From Epiperipatus broadwayi (Eukaryota > Animalia > Onychophora): a DNA stretch of 64,000 bases. Both the position numbers and the translations under genes were made by a program. The stretch lies in NCBI GenBank assembly GCA_028023455.1, contig JAQFVV010000002.1, positions 12,090,001 through 12,154,000 on the forward strand, given 5' to 3'. Numbering within the stretch: the first letter of the stretch is position 1; every line of letters begins with the position of its first letter. The notes below the pieces were generated by a model. That model had not been told where the DNA came from. It saw only the letters and a list, made by a program, of their open reading frames with translations, and searched no databases. Below, in pieces: positions 39,164 to 51,562 of this stretch.

Positions 39164-41767
39164 AATATAAAGTATATTGATTTATTAGCTAAAAAAATGT
39201 GAAGTGGGTAGAGGTCCACTATCAAAATAAATTTCAAAAGATCTGAACAATGTCTACTAGGTGCTGCCCAATAAAAAGTAGTTGTGAGAGAAATTCGATG
39301 CTCATTTCTTTTGTTGTTAGTAAGCAGCAAAAAAAGTCTCTTGTTTTCATAATTTATTTAAATACTTATGATCATTTTTATATAATATTTATATAATAAT
39401 TATTTAAGAGCAAAAGTATACATTATTACAATTTGATTATATGTGAATGTTTTATTTTTAAAAATATAAGTTAAATTCAAGCCTAATGGTAAACAGAAAA
39501 CTAAAACAGTAAGAACCTTAATGCTTCTTTTGATACAGTACTTCTCAATGCTTGTAATCTTTTAAAAATTATAAATGCAATTTTAAATTTTAGAACATAA
39601 GTTGATAGATAACATTATGATGGCTCCCATGTTTATTAGTTCATATTTTAAAAAAATGAATTAACAAAGATTTTGTTAATTTTATTTTTTCACCAGCTGA
39701 GCTGACTTTTTTTACACCACCCAATTAGAAAAAAAAAATTATTCTTATTACGTCTTATCTTATTTTTATATTTGCAATATTCAATAAAAATTTTAGAATG
39801 TTTTTTTTATTTGTAATCTTATATTTCTAACAAATGAAGTCCAATTTATTAAATTCTAATACATAATCAAAGGCTAATATACTAAAATCAAATGTTGAAC
39901 GATTACAAAAATTGCCACGAGGAAAAATAATAAAAATGTTTTTAGCAATTTAACGCATCTCTAAAGCAATAGTATGTTTATATACATGTGAGGAGTTATT
40001 TAGTCACATTTTAAAAATTTTCAATATTTTGAAAGTGAAATCAATTTTTAAACTTATTATTTTACTATGAGGCCACTATATAGTATTTTTAATTGTTGTG
40101 GTGAATAGATAAATATCTTTTGCTCAACTTTGAAAAAATTAATTATTTGTGTATATAAGAGTATTTCTGTAAACTTAAATTGAAAATTAGCCTGCCATTG
40201 GTACTTAGTTAAATAATGTTAGCATGTATATATTGCAAATTAGAAACCAGTAACAAGTCAAAAAAGTCAAAGCATTTTATTTCTTAAATTTCTTTACTTT
40301 TAATCATTTTAATATTTATATGCCTAAAGTTGATACTTTATAGTGTATATCTACAGACTGAGATTGATAAAACATTATGAAAATAAAATATCGATATAAG
40401 AGTAAAACTTAAAATTATTCTAATTTATTATTAAATAGATGTGTCGAGTTTAATGAATATCTATTGGGTATTTTTCAATGATTTATATATTTATACCTCC
40501 CTAGTACAATAATCCTATCTCACATTTGTTCTCTATAATCATCTTGACTTCTTGTAAGATTGGTGTGATGTATTTAACAGCAAAATATTCTTCAACTTGA
40601 CATATCGCCACAGGAACAGCTAACCAATCAATTATTTTTATTATTCATCTTGATGTAAAAAAATTCATTATTTATAATGCACTATTAGATTTGATATAAT
40701 TAAAAAAATATTAAATAGGTTGCAGACAATGGCAAAATATTACTGATGATTAAGTTTTCATAAATCCTAATGTAGCCTTAGATTGGAGATATTGAAATAA
40801 AAAATTGGAAAACAATCGCATATTAATGCAAAATATTGTGTCTTACATAGAAATTGACTTAGTATACACATATATATTTTTTATAAATTAACAATTTCCT
40901 TTTACCCATGGTCTGAGAGAACATTTGTATAAAAGATCAAAATAAAATTAAATTGATTATTATGATATTGATAATAAAATTTAGGAAATTAACACTAACT
41001 GTGAAATGAACCAGAAGAAAATTTTCTTTTTATATAAGTTTCAAGTTAAGTCTAAGCAATGATTTCGATTTTGTAAACTTTGATCTTTACTTTCTACAAT
41101 TCAATTAGTGCATATTCCGCTTTTACATTTTTTTTATTAATTACAAAAGCTAGACCTTTCAAATTTCCATTTGGTATTTTAAACGTATAAATGAACGTAA
41201 AAAAGAAAAAAATTCTGAACCTAATGAAGCTTTATGAACAGCTGCTGATACAAGAGAACTGCTCAATTTAATAATTATTACTTTTTAATATAAAAATGCC
41301 AGAGTGTTACTTTATTTTAAATTAAATTTTTTAAAAAATCTTCATGAATATTTTGAAAACATACTTTTATATCAGTTGATAAACATAATGATTGTAATCA
41401 AAATATAATATTATTCTAAATACTATCGTAAAAAAGAGCAAAGTGAATGACTGTACCGGTTTACTGCCCCATCAAAAAAAGTTACACTGATAAAAAGAAA
41501 TTTATGAGATTTCTAGAACAGCATATGATTATCACATCATTAAATTTTCAAAGCAATACATTAGTTAGGGGGGGGGGGGACAAAGAAACAATAACAATGT
41601 TATAATGAAAACAAAAACAATTTTGAAAATACAAAACTATTACTTATCAAATATTTTAAAGTATGACTTAAAAGATATACTAAAGGATATGCTCTTAATA
41701 TATATACACAAATATAATTTAAATTTTATGATTGAAAGTTTTTAGTTATATATATATTTGATGCATG

Positions 41768-41870
41768 AGGGATTCGAACTCAGACTTTCACACGTGTGAA
41801 ATTCTGAGTTCGAATCCCCCATACATTACACATATATATATGCAGGTTTAAGCCTGTATAGTGTATTAAT
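41768..41870. mobile_element. Family B mini-palindrome made of the element terminus, plus tail
   Basis: GGGATTCGAACTCAGACTTTCACAC-GTGTGAAATTCTGAGTTCGAATCCC then TATATGCAGG..AAGCCTGTATAGTGTATTAA, as at 37295-37335. Confidence 0.75.
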
Positions 41871-42420
41871 TTATTTATTCAGAATATGATTTTTTTTAGA
41901 CAGTTTAACTATTAATGACAAATATCATAAAGGAATATATAGAGATTCAACTAATGGTTTTATTAAGATCTTCAAATATGTAATTGTAATCATAGATTTA
42001 TATATATATTACTTATTATTTTTTTGATGCAAAAATAGATTTGATGATCATTAACTGTGTGGCTACATCTACATAAATTAGTGGCTTCTAAATTCCATTT
42101 ATGAAACAGATGAATGCAATGATTATGTGTTGTTCTGAATTTGTTGGTAAGACTCCAGTTACATCTAGAAAAATTACACCCAGCTGCATTATTATTGGAT
42201 CTGGAAAAAAAAACATTATCATAAGAATTTATAACTCTTCATCTACAGATTCTTGATTAAGTATTCAAATGAGGATCTTGATTTGAGGTTTTAGATGAAA
42301 AATCTACATCTTATGTTATAATCAACACTAATCTGCTTAATAGCATTTTTAAAGATTTTTTTAATAAGACAATTTCTTTTCTGGTATCTAGTGAAAGAAT
42401 ATATGAAACACAGGAAGTCA

Positions 42421-42607
42421 ATAAACATCACATGATCACTATTTCTTATGCTTGCTCTTAACTGTTATTAAAACAGGCAAAACTCTCTAGTCTGGAGATA
42501 TTGGATGAGTAGGCACTAGATGGAGATTTTATGCATAAGCCTTCTGGCATCCAGTGATTACTCTGGCTTGCACTGAGTGGCAATATGTATAGAGTTTTGC
42601 CTGTTTT
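42421..42607. mobile_element. Family A 187 bp insertion, two inverted pieces
   Basis: TSD AAACACAGGAAGTCA at 42406-42420 and 42608-42622; the inverted piece starts at TAGTC-TGGAGA. Confidence 0.85.
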
Positions 42608-43132
42608 AAACACAGGAAGTCATTGTTAAAGGACTAGACTTGATTGTATCAGCAATATTTGTCATAGTAATGTTTAATTAAGTATCCCGAAATGTAGTGT
42701 GGGAACTTTTTTCCAGATACACTATATTCATGAGAAGAAGGTACTAGTGCTAAGGAAGCTATCCATAAAGTACTTGCTTTATAACGTACATAGTACCAAC
42801 CAACTTTTCAAGATTATTCCTAGAAATTAATTTTGATCTAACCTTAAATAAATAAGAAAGATATATATTGCAAATATACTTCATTAATTTATTTATTTAC
42901 TAGATGATCGATTTCTCAGAAATTCAAGTGATTTTGAACATTAATATAAATGGCTGAACATAACAATTTCATGTAATTACCAAGATGTTTTTATTTTTCT
43001 TAGTTGAACAAAAATAGCTCTTGGGTCTATTATGTTTGTCTTTTAAATAATGTGATCAAATCACTCACACATATATAAAATGAGTCTCCATATTCTCACA
43101 TACATATACAGATATATATATTATATGTCAAA

Positions 43133-43204
43133 TGTGTTGACCAGGAAGTGAAACTGGGCCAGCTGCTTTGAAGGCAGCTATGCTAACCACTAGGCCATCA
43201 ATGC
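43133..43204 (-). tRNA. tRNA-Gly(TCC)-derived pseudogene or SINE head; anticodon reads TCA
   Basis: GCATTGATGGCCTAGTGGTTAGCATAGCTGCCTTCAAAGCAGCTGGCCCAGTTTCACTTCCTGGTCAACACA; D and anticodon arms match metazoan tRNA-Gly(TCC); acceptor stem and T arm are damaged in a CpG-decay pattern. Confidence 0.75.
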
Positions 43205-45272
43205 TTGACAGATATATTTTATATAAACATAGATACTCTGTAAATATATGTGGGTGCATGTCTCTAACCAACCAAAACTTATTATAAATTCCATTCTTGA
43301 TCACATCCACATTTTTAAAAAGTGACTTGCAGTTTAACTTGTCATTCATGAAAAAGAAATTAAGTTTCATTAATAGTGTTTCAAAAACATATATATATAT
43401 TGAATAATATAAGATATTTTACTTCAATTAATAGCTTTTAAAGTCAGAATGTTACTTTCCACTTCAAGAATTCTATCTTATTATCATACCAAAGTTAAAA
43501 ATTTTCTTAAAAATTATTTCATATATGATGAAGAAAACTGGTATTCCACTAATATCATTTATTAATTGACTATATTATTATACTTTAAAATATCATTATT
43601 CTATTACAAAGATTATAAGTATATGTCAAACCATTTTTATATTTGATTCACTCTAAAACAAAATAAATGTATGCTAAAATATTAACAAAATGTATTATTA
43701 TTGCTGGTGGCCACTTAGACCACTGCTGCTTTTTACTAATAATATAAACAGCTCATACAGTTTATAAAATAGCTCTAAAAATAAAATATTAAAATAAGAT
43801 GTAAAGAATAACAAATTGTCACTAATGATGATTAAATGACAGCACTTGATCATAGTAATGTATTATTAGTTGTTTGACCTACATTATTACATTTGAATTA
43901 TAATCATTGAATGTGTGTTTGAAAACATGTTGTATTTATATATTCACAATTAAAATAAATTTTCTTATAGATGCAAATATAAATCTAATGTAATAAGTAG
44001 ATATATACAAAAAGAGAGAAAGCAAAAATCATCTGATTAATTAAATATCATTTTGAAAAATATATGTATTTATAATTAAATAATAAAACTTTTAATTGTT
44101 TTTAAAGGAACTGAACTGTGATGTTTGATTAAAATTCAGTTCCAGAGAAACCATAATATTAAATATGATATTCTCTTAGCATTATTTTATGACACAATTC
44201 TCCAAATGACTAAATATGATGAATTTTACTAATCAAAGGAGAAAATAATTGTAAATATCCAGAGAATCCTCATGCAAAGCAAAGTAGTCCTTGATTCATA
44301 TTTTTTACTAAGAAACTTAATACATCTTTTTTTTTTTTTTTTTGCAAGTTTATTTCTTAACAATTCACTCAAAATAATTTTAAAAGATAAAAAATATATA
44401 TTTGCAATATATATTTACACATCAACTAAATTATTTTATTTAAACAATATAATAATAATTAAATATATATAAATACAAGACTGATTGAGTAAATAGCATA
44501 AAAATACAAGTTGCAATTTCTTTTGTAAACCCTTCAGTAAATTAACTGGCTTTGTATATATGTATTCAACTTACATTGTCAAAAAAATAAATATTATCTA
44601 CTTTAATTATACTTTTAAACAGCTGACAATATTGTGGATGGGTATTTTAAATTTTCATGATCCCTAAAATTATTATTTTGCCTTAGCTAATAATTTTATT
44701 TAAGTAAATCATTTTTTTATTTAATCTTCCATAACTAGATGTACTTTTAACTATTATTAAATTGTCCAACAACTTTAGAAATTTACAATTTTTACTGTCA
44801 AATATAGAGTAGAAATTAAATTGAAAATAAATTTGATCATTAATTTCTTTAAATATATTTAGATAGATTATATTGTACTGATAAGGAAAATGTTAAACCA
44901 AATTTTTACAGCAAAAAAAAGGTTTAAAAAAAGTTAAATTTTAGTCTCTAAATACAATGAAAAATTGGCATAAACATTAACTTTTCCATCATCTTGATGA
45001 TAAATTAGATTGTTGCTCTAATTACACTTTCCAATATGTTTGTTTGATAATAAAATCTTCAATTATAAAAAGGGAACAACTGATTTTAGCAGTAGAAATT
45101 AAGATTTTAGTTTCAACTATATACTCTAGATATCAGCATCTATCAGTAAACAACTTAAAAGATAATAGTAATAATAAATAATTCAAGAGATTTCTATAGC
45201 AAAACATAAAATTATGAGTATCATCTCTTGATGAAACCACACTAATAAAGAAAATAAATTTACACATAATAT

Positions 45273-46720
45273 TAAAACAGGCAAAACTCTCTATACATAT
45301 TGCCACTCAGTGCAAGCCACTGTAATCAATGGATGCCAGAAGGCTTGTTCCCATGTAGTGCCTACTCATCCAATATTTCCAGACTAGTTTCTGGCTTGTG
45401 GTCTTTGTCAGTGAGGAGCATTGGAACTGAGATCACTGCACCTAGATTTTAGGATCTAATGCAACCCTCCAGCAGCCACTTTTTATCTCTACTTAACTAC
45501 AAAACTATTAAATTGAAAACACTGTAATATTTGCAATCCAAGCTCATTAGCTTATATAATCATATAGGTCTGAACTCAGTTCAGTACCTATACATTTGGG
45601 TGACTTTGGTTCTTTAATAATCACAGCCACCACTATTATATTAGGCAGGATTGGTTTTAAGCCAATAAACATCACATGATCACCATTTCCTATGCTTGCT
45701 TATAACTGTTATTAAAACAGGAAAAACTCTATATATGTATTGCCACTCAATGCAAGCCAGAGTAATCAATGGATGCCAGAAGGCTTGTGCATAAAATCCC
45801 CATCTACTGTCTACTCATCCAATATTCCCAGTCTAGTTTCTGGCTTGTGGCCTTTGTCAGTGAGAAGCCTTAGATCTGGAAGCACTGCACCTAGATCTTA
45901 GGATCTAATGCAACCTTCCAGCAGCCATCTTTTATCTCCACTTAACTACAAAACTATGAGTCTTAAAATGAAAACACTGTAATATTTGCAATCCAAGCTC
46001 ATTAGCTTATATAATCATATAGGTCTGAACTCAGTTCAGTACCTATACATTTGGGTGACTTTGGTTCTTTAATAACCACAGCCATCACTATCCTATTAGG
46101 CAGGATTGGTTTTAAGCCAATAAACATCACATGATCACCATTGCCTATGCTTGCTTATAACTGTTATTAAAACAGGCAAAACTCTATATATGTATTGCCA
46201 CTCAATGCAAGCCAGAGTAATCAATGGATGCCAGAAGGCTTGTGCATAAAATCCCCATCTACTGCCTACCCATCCAATATTCCCAGTCTAGTTTCTGGCT
46301 TGTAGCCTTTGTCAGTGAAAAACTTTAGATCTGAGAGCACTGCACCTAGATCTTAGGATCTAATGCAACCTTCCAGCAGCCATATTTTATCTCTACTTAA
46401 CTACAAAACTATTAGTCAAATTAAAAACACTAATATTTTCAATCCAAGCTCATTAGCATATATAGTCATAAAGGTCTGAACTCAGTTCAGTACCTAATAT
46501 TTGGGTGACTTTGGTTCTTTAATCACCATAGCCAGCACTATCCTATTAGGCAAGATTGGTTTTAAGCCAATAAACATCACATGATCACCATTTCCTATGC
46601 TTGCTTATAATTGTTATTAATACAGGCAAAAATCTCTATATGTATTGCCACTCAGTGCAAGCTAGAGTAATCAATAGAGTTTTGCCTGATTTCTTATAAG
46701 CAAGCATAGGAAATGGTGAT
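45273..46720 (-). mobile_element. Family A tandem array: three 440-455 bp units with HHRs (45368-45426, 45817-45875, 46272-46330), a partial fourth unit and an inverted terminal piece
   Basis: ATTAAWACAG at 45271, 45711, 46166 and 46616; TSD CACATAATAT at 45263-45272 and 46721-46730. Confidence 0.9.
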
Positions 46721-49014
46721 CACATAATATACTTTACTTGCTTATTATTTTTTATAAATTATTAAATACTTGTTTCTTAATATATATTTGATATATATAT
46801 ATAGTTAGGTTTTATTTGAATATAATAGCTTTTTAGTAGAAAATTAGTCAACTGAAAATTTTATAATATAAATCAGAAAGTATCTACTATCAAAATCTTA
46901 TAATTTTTTAGCTGTTTTTAAATAATTGAATGTTCTTTTAACACTTTTAAGAACATTTTATTATGTTAATATATGTTTTACCAAAAAATTATTAAAAAAA
47001 TTCATTTTAGCTTAATAAAAATATTTTTTCATTTAAACTATTTATTTTTCCAAAGCTAAAATGAAGTTTTTTTTTTTAACTATTTGTTTTTATTTATTAC
47101 TCTTTTTTACTTACTTTCCTTATTTATTTATTTTGAGTTTATGTTTTTTTTAATTAAAAATCAACAAAACAACAATAGCCCATTACAGTGGCAAAAAATG
47201 ATTAGTTAAAGAGTAAATGAAAAAAGTGAATTAAAAAAAGTCTTACTATTTTTTAATACTAAGTATTAAAAAATCAATTGAAAAGTCAATTTCTGAGATC
47301 AAATGACATTCAAATACTGTGTCCGTCTAGGTGCATGTAAGATGTTTTTCTTCTCTGATCTGGAAAATAATCCAACTATCTTTACTTTTCAAATCTTTGA
47401 TTTGCATTTCTATATTAATCTCTGCAGAGTTATAGATATATATTCTTCATTGTTAGTAAATATTATCAATTTAACAGCCCCCCCCCCCCAATAAAAAGCA
47501 TTATGCATATAAAGAAACATATGACACAACTTTGCTTTTCACTTAAAGTAGTAGGAAAATGAAACATATTAGACATGTGTATAATAATAAAAACCACCTG
47601 GCTGTAAGTCATACAGTTTTTTTTATTATTTTGTAAAAACTATTTTTTTAAAAAAGATTTTAAAAGAAATTTATGGATATTTTCTGGCTAAGTATTATAA
47701 ATTATATTTTTATTAAAAATTTACATTGTAGTAATAATACTGATTTGTCTTAATAAATTGTTTCAAATTTGTCCTAGAAAGTAAATTTACTGTTATCAGC
47801 ATTTTGTAGAAACAATTTCCTATATATACTGTGATGTGATAAAAATGATGATACTTGGAAATGATCAATATAATCTAAATAAAACATAGCCCAACCATTG
47901 GTCACCATTTTGTAATGAAATATTGATTATAATATGAAATGATAATATAAAAATATTAATATGTCTGAGAATTGAGACATCATTCATAATAAAATAAATC
48001 TAGCCTAAATGTGGAGTGCCATTTTATAACAGCCCCAAAGTTAATTTGGCATTTTGTAACAATACACATGATCATCATTGGCTTGCATTGGGTAGCTACT
48101 TTGTAACAATAATAATACATCTTCTATGTCACTACCTCTCTACATTAGTTTAGTTAATATTTGTCATAAAATAAAAGAAATTGACCTATAGATTTTTAGA
48201 CAACCACTTATTACTGACACTATATGGAAATAAAACATCATGAAGAAATGCCCTTATGATTTAAATATTATTTGTAACAGAGCAAAACATGCATCAATAA
48301 ATAGTAACTCTGTTATAACCTGTTTAAAGTTACCGAGCTCAGTCATTGGTCACACTAGGCAATAAAAATATTTCCCATACATAATTATTTAGATTATCCA
48401 TTATACTATAATAAATTACTAATAACAATCTCTATTAAAATATAATTTATTCAGGTAGTATTTAAAACAAAAGAAAGCAAACAAGATTATCACTTCAGAC
48501 ATCACCAAATCTATTCACTATTCCAAAGTAAGCAGCAATAAGCGGTAAAATCATATATCATTGTCCTAAACAGTGACATATGCCTAAGATATCTATTTAA
48601 TTTATTATTGAATAAAATCAAATTCAAACTGATAAATAACTAAGTTCTGATATACTTTACCAATCAACTACTTCATATAGTAACATAAATCTACATTAAA
48701 ATTTAATGATACTCCATTTAAATAAACTAGTTCCTAACTAATTATAATAATATTTTGAGAACGTTTTATAAACCTACACAATATTTATAATACTCAAATA
48801 AAATAAGCCCTTACTCAGTTTTGTATCTAATTTAATAAAACATTAAACATAATATTAATATTTTATTCACACTTTACATGATATGGATATGCAATTATTG
48901 CTTAAGTTATATTTTAGAATGAAACACTCTACAAGAATTCATTGTCAATAAATCTATTAGTATACAAAGTTAACAAAGCGTATGCCACACTTGAATGAGA
49001 AGCTATAAAGATAC

Positions 49015-49655
49015 ACAGAAATTATTATACGCTAAGCGCTTTCGAGGTCTTTTGCCTCATATTCAAAGCGGTACTGTGAGCTGCAGAATGAAAAAATAGG
49101 GCAAGGGAAACAAAACAGTATGCAAAGCATATGCAAATGAACTAGATAGTCCAACGTTTGGAGATGTCAAAGCAGGTATCTCGTCTATTGATGGAGTTAT
49201 TATTGCCATTAATAAAATATGCTTCTCTGATTTTCCGCTTGATGTCATTTTTCTCAATACAGACTATTTTAGGGCTGGAAGGTTCAAACAAATGTCCTGT
49301 CTTCTTGGAATGCTCTAAAAATGTTGATGAATTATCATTGTTTTTCATAGCTCTATTATATGTATATCTGTGTTGTGCTGTCCTGTTGATTATGCCTGCC
49401 CTGGTTTCTCCAAAATAAATGGCCCGGCAACCAGGTTGTGGGCAAGCTATGCTGTAAACGACATGGGGAGTCTGAGAAGGTTCAATTTTGTCCTTAGAGT
49501 TATTGATTAGACGATTAGTGCATGGGGGTGTATGAAAGCTAATTTTAAATTTATTGGCCAAAACCTTGATTAATTGATAGGAGATTTTAGGTATGTGGGG
49601 AAGAGTAATATATGGAAGTTTAATATTGTTTTTATTGTCAGTGATTTTCCTATAA
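49015..49655 (-). mobile_element. Relatively young Penelope-like element 3' fragment (open linker plus GIY-YIG)
   Basis: Open frame KLPYITLPHIPKIS...VVYSIACPQPGCRAIYFGETR...QH...LEHSKKTGH...RKIREAYFI...INR...ISKRWTI*; CpGs retained. Confidence 0.9.
49028..49073 (-). ncRNA. Hammerhead ribozyme, family C (U3/U8 in this copy)
   Basis: TAC CGCT TTGAATA T GAGG CAAAAGA CCTC GAAA GCGC T T AGCG TA, about 70 nt 3' of the endonuclease stop. Confidence 0.7.
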
Positions 49656-50387
49656 AATTGTTTGATTTAGATAATCTTACATTTTGCAACACACAATCAC
49701 CTCACATATAAAATATACCATAGGTTTGTATTAATATTTACCAAATTACAATCACTGATATTATTCTTCTACTTAAATCTCCAGTCAATCAATTATAAAA
49801 ATGGACTTTATAACAATTAAAATATATAAGATTATTGGCAGTTGTCCAAATCAAAGATAGATATCAAGATATACTAGTTCATAAAATTTATGATCCCCAC
49901 TTCAAATAAGTTTGAAGGTAATTAAGACAAATCATTTTGACTAATGGCAGAATAAAATCAATTAAATTTTTGTAACTGGACAAGATAAGCAAATTGATAA
50001 TGCAACCCTGAACTAATGAAAATATTTCTACCAGTAATATTGACTTAGATAAGTAAACAAATATTTAAATGTAGTAACAAATATAATATTGATATCTAAT
50101 CAGTAATAATAATAATGTAGAAGAAAATATACATGTCTAAATCTATTTCACTTACCAAAATGGGTTTGATCTTGGATCAAACTTTAAGTACCAAAAACTA
50201 CCTTGCACATTCAAAAGAAATAATTAGAGATTCACCAGATTTTAATCAACTCTAAATTTATTGGTTAATAATTAAAAATTTATAATAGTAATAAAAATGT
50301 ATATAAAAGAATAATAACAAATGATATCTGCAATAGACTAAAATCATAGCAAGTTGAAAAGTACAATACTATGTTTCTTTAATATAT

Positions 50388-51560
50388 AAATAATTGATGG
50401 TATATTACTGTATCAGTTATTTTTAATGTAATATCCTTCATATATTTGTCTTCTCTTTGGATTTTTAATGTAATTTAAATGTTTAATAATTTTTGTAGTA
50501 TTGATTTTATATCCATATATTAATTAATGAATGTATAAAGCTGATTTATCATTTTGTCTATTAATTGCAATCCTTATGTTCTTTGGCTCTTATCTCTGTT
50601 TCCCTGTATGATTTTAGCAAATCATATTGCAAAAATCACTGTTTATTTTATATACAATGTTGTTGTTTTTTTGTATTTTATAACATCTCTTAATTTACAA
50701 TTACCTATTAATTTATCTGGACTTTTGCTATTCAACCATCCAATATTTATATGCTTATCAATATATTTTTTGTTTTTTATCAATATGTTATAAATTTTGG
50801 AATAATTGAACTAGTGTTATTGTGATCATTATAATCGTTTTACAAAAATGTTATTACCTAACACAGATTTCTTAGAATTAAAAAGTATATTTTAAGTGTT
50901 TTGGGATTGTATCCATAATCTTTATATAATTTAATAAATTTATAATACATTGATAAAAAACAAAAATTGTATTGATAAGCATATATAAATATTGGATGGA
51001 TAAATAGCAAAAGTCTGGCTAAATTAATAGGTAATTATAAATTAAGAGTGATATAAAATACAAAAAAGGAATTGTATATAAAATTAACTGTGACTTTTTC
51101 AATATGATTTACTATAGTCGTACAGGAAAACAGAGATAAGAGCCAAAGAAGATAACAATGCAATTAATAGGCAAGATGATAAATCAACTTTATACATTCA
51201 TTATTTAACATACAAACATAAAATAGATGTTACAAAAAATATTAAATCATTAAATTACATTAAAAATTCAAAGAGAAGACAAATATATGAAACATATTAC
51301 ATTAAAAATAACTTAAATAACTGTATGAATATTTAAAAAAACTTGAATAAATTTAGTTAACTGGTCAATTGGAAGTGAATAGAAAATTATAGAAGACAAT
51401 ATATATAAAGTTGTATAATGTAGGTATTATTTGTTTTGTATATTGTTATATAGTGATTTTTTTTTGGAGTTATATTAGATCTATATATAAAGGTTTCATT
51501 CTATTTGACTGTTTAATTGTTATTTTATTTCCATTATGAAACACTAGTTGATGTTGTATA
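50388..51560. mobile_element. Penelope-like GIY-YIG region as a head-to-head inverted pair (minus about 50388-50800; plus about 50930-51560)
   Basis: Plus arm KGIVYKINCDFFNMIYYSRTGK...LYIH...HKID...RRQIYETYYI; left arm is its diverged reverse complement. Confidence 0.8.
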
Positions 51561-51562
51561 TG

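Noticed and set aside
45273-46720. Repeat arrays as CRISPR or telomeric satellite
   Set aside because: The units are long and wholly repeated with no unique spacers, there are no cas genes, and the context is eukaryotic.
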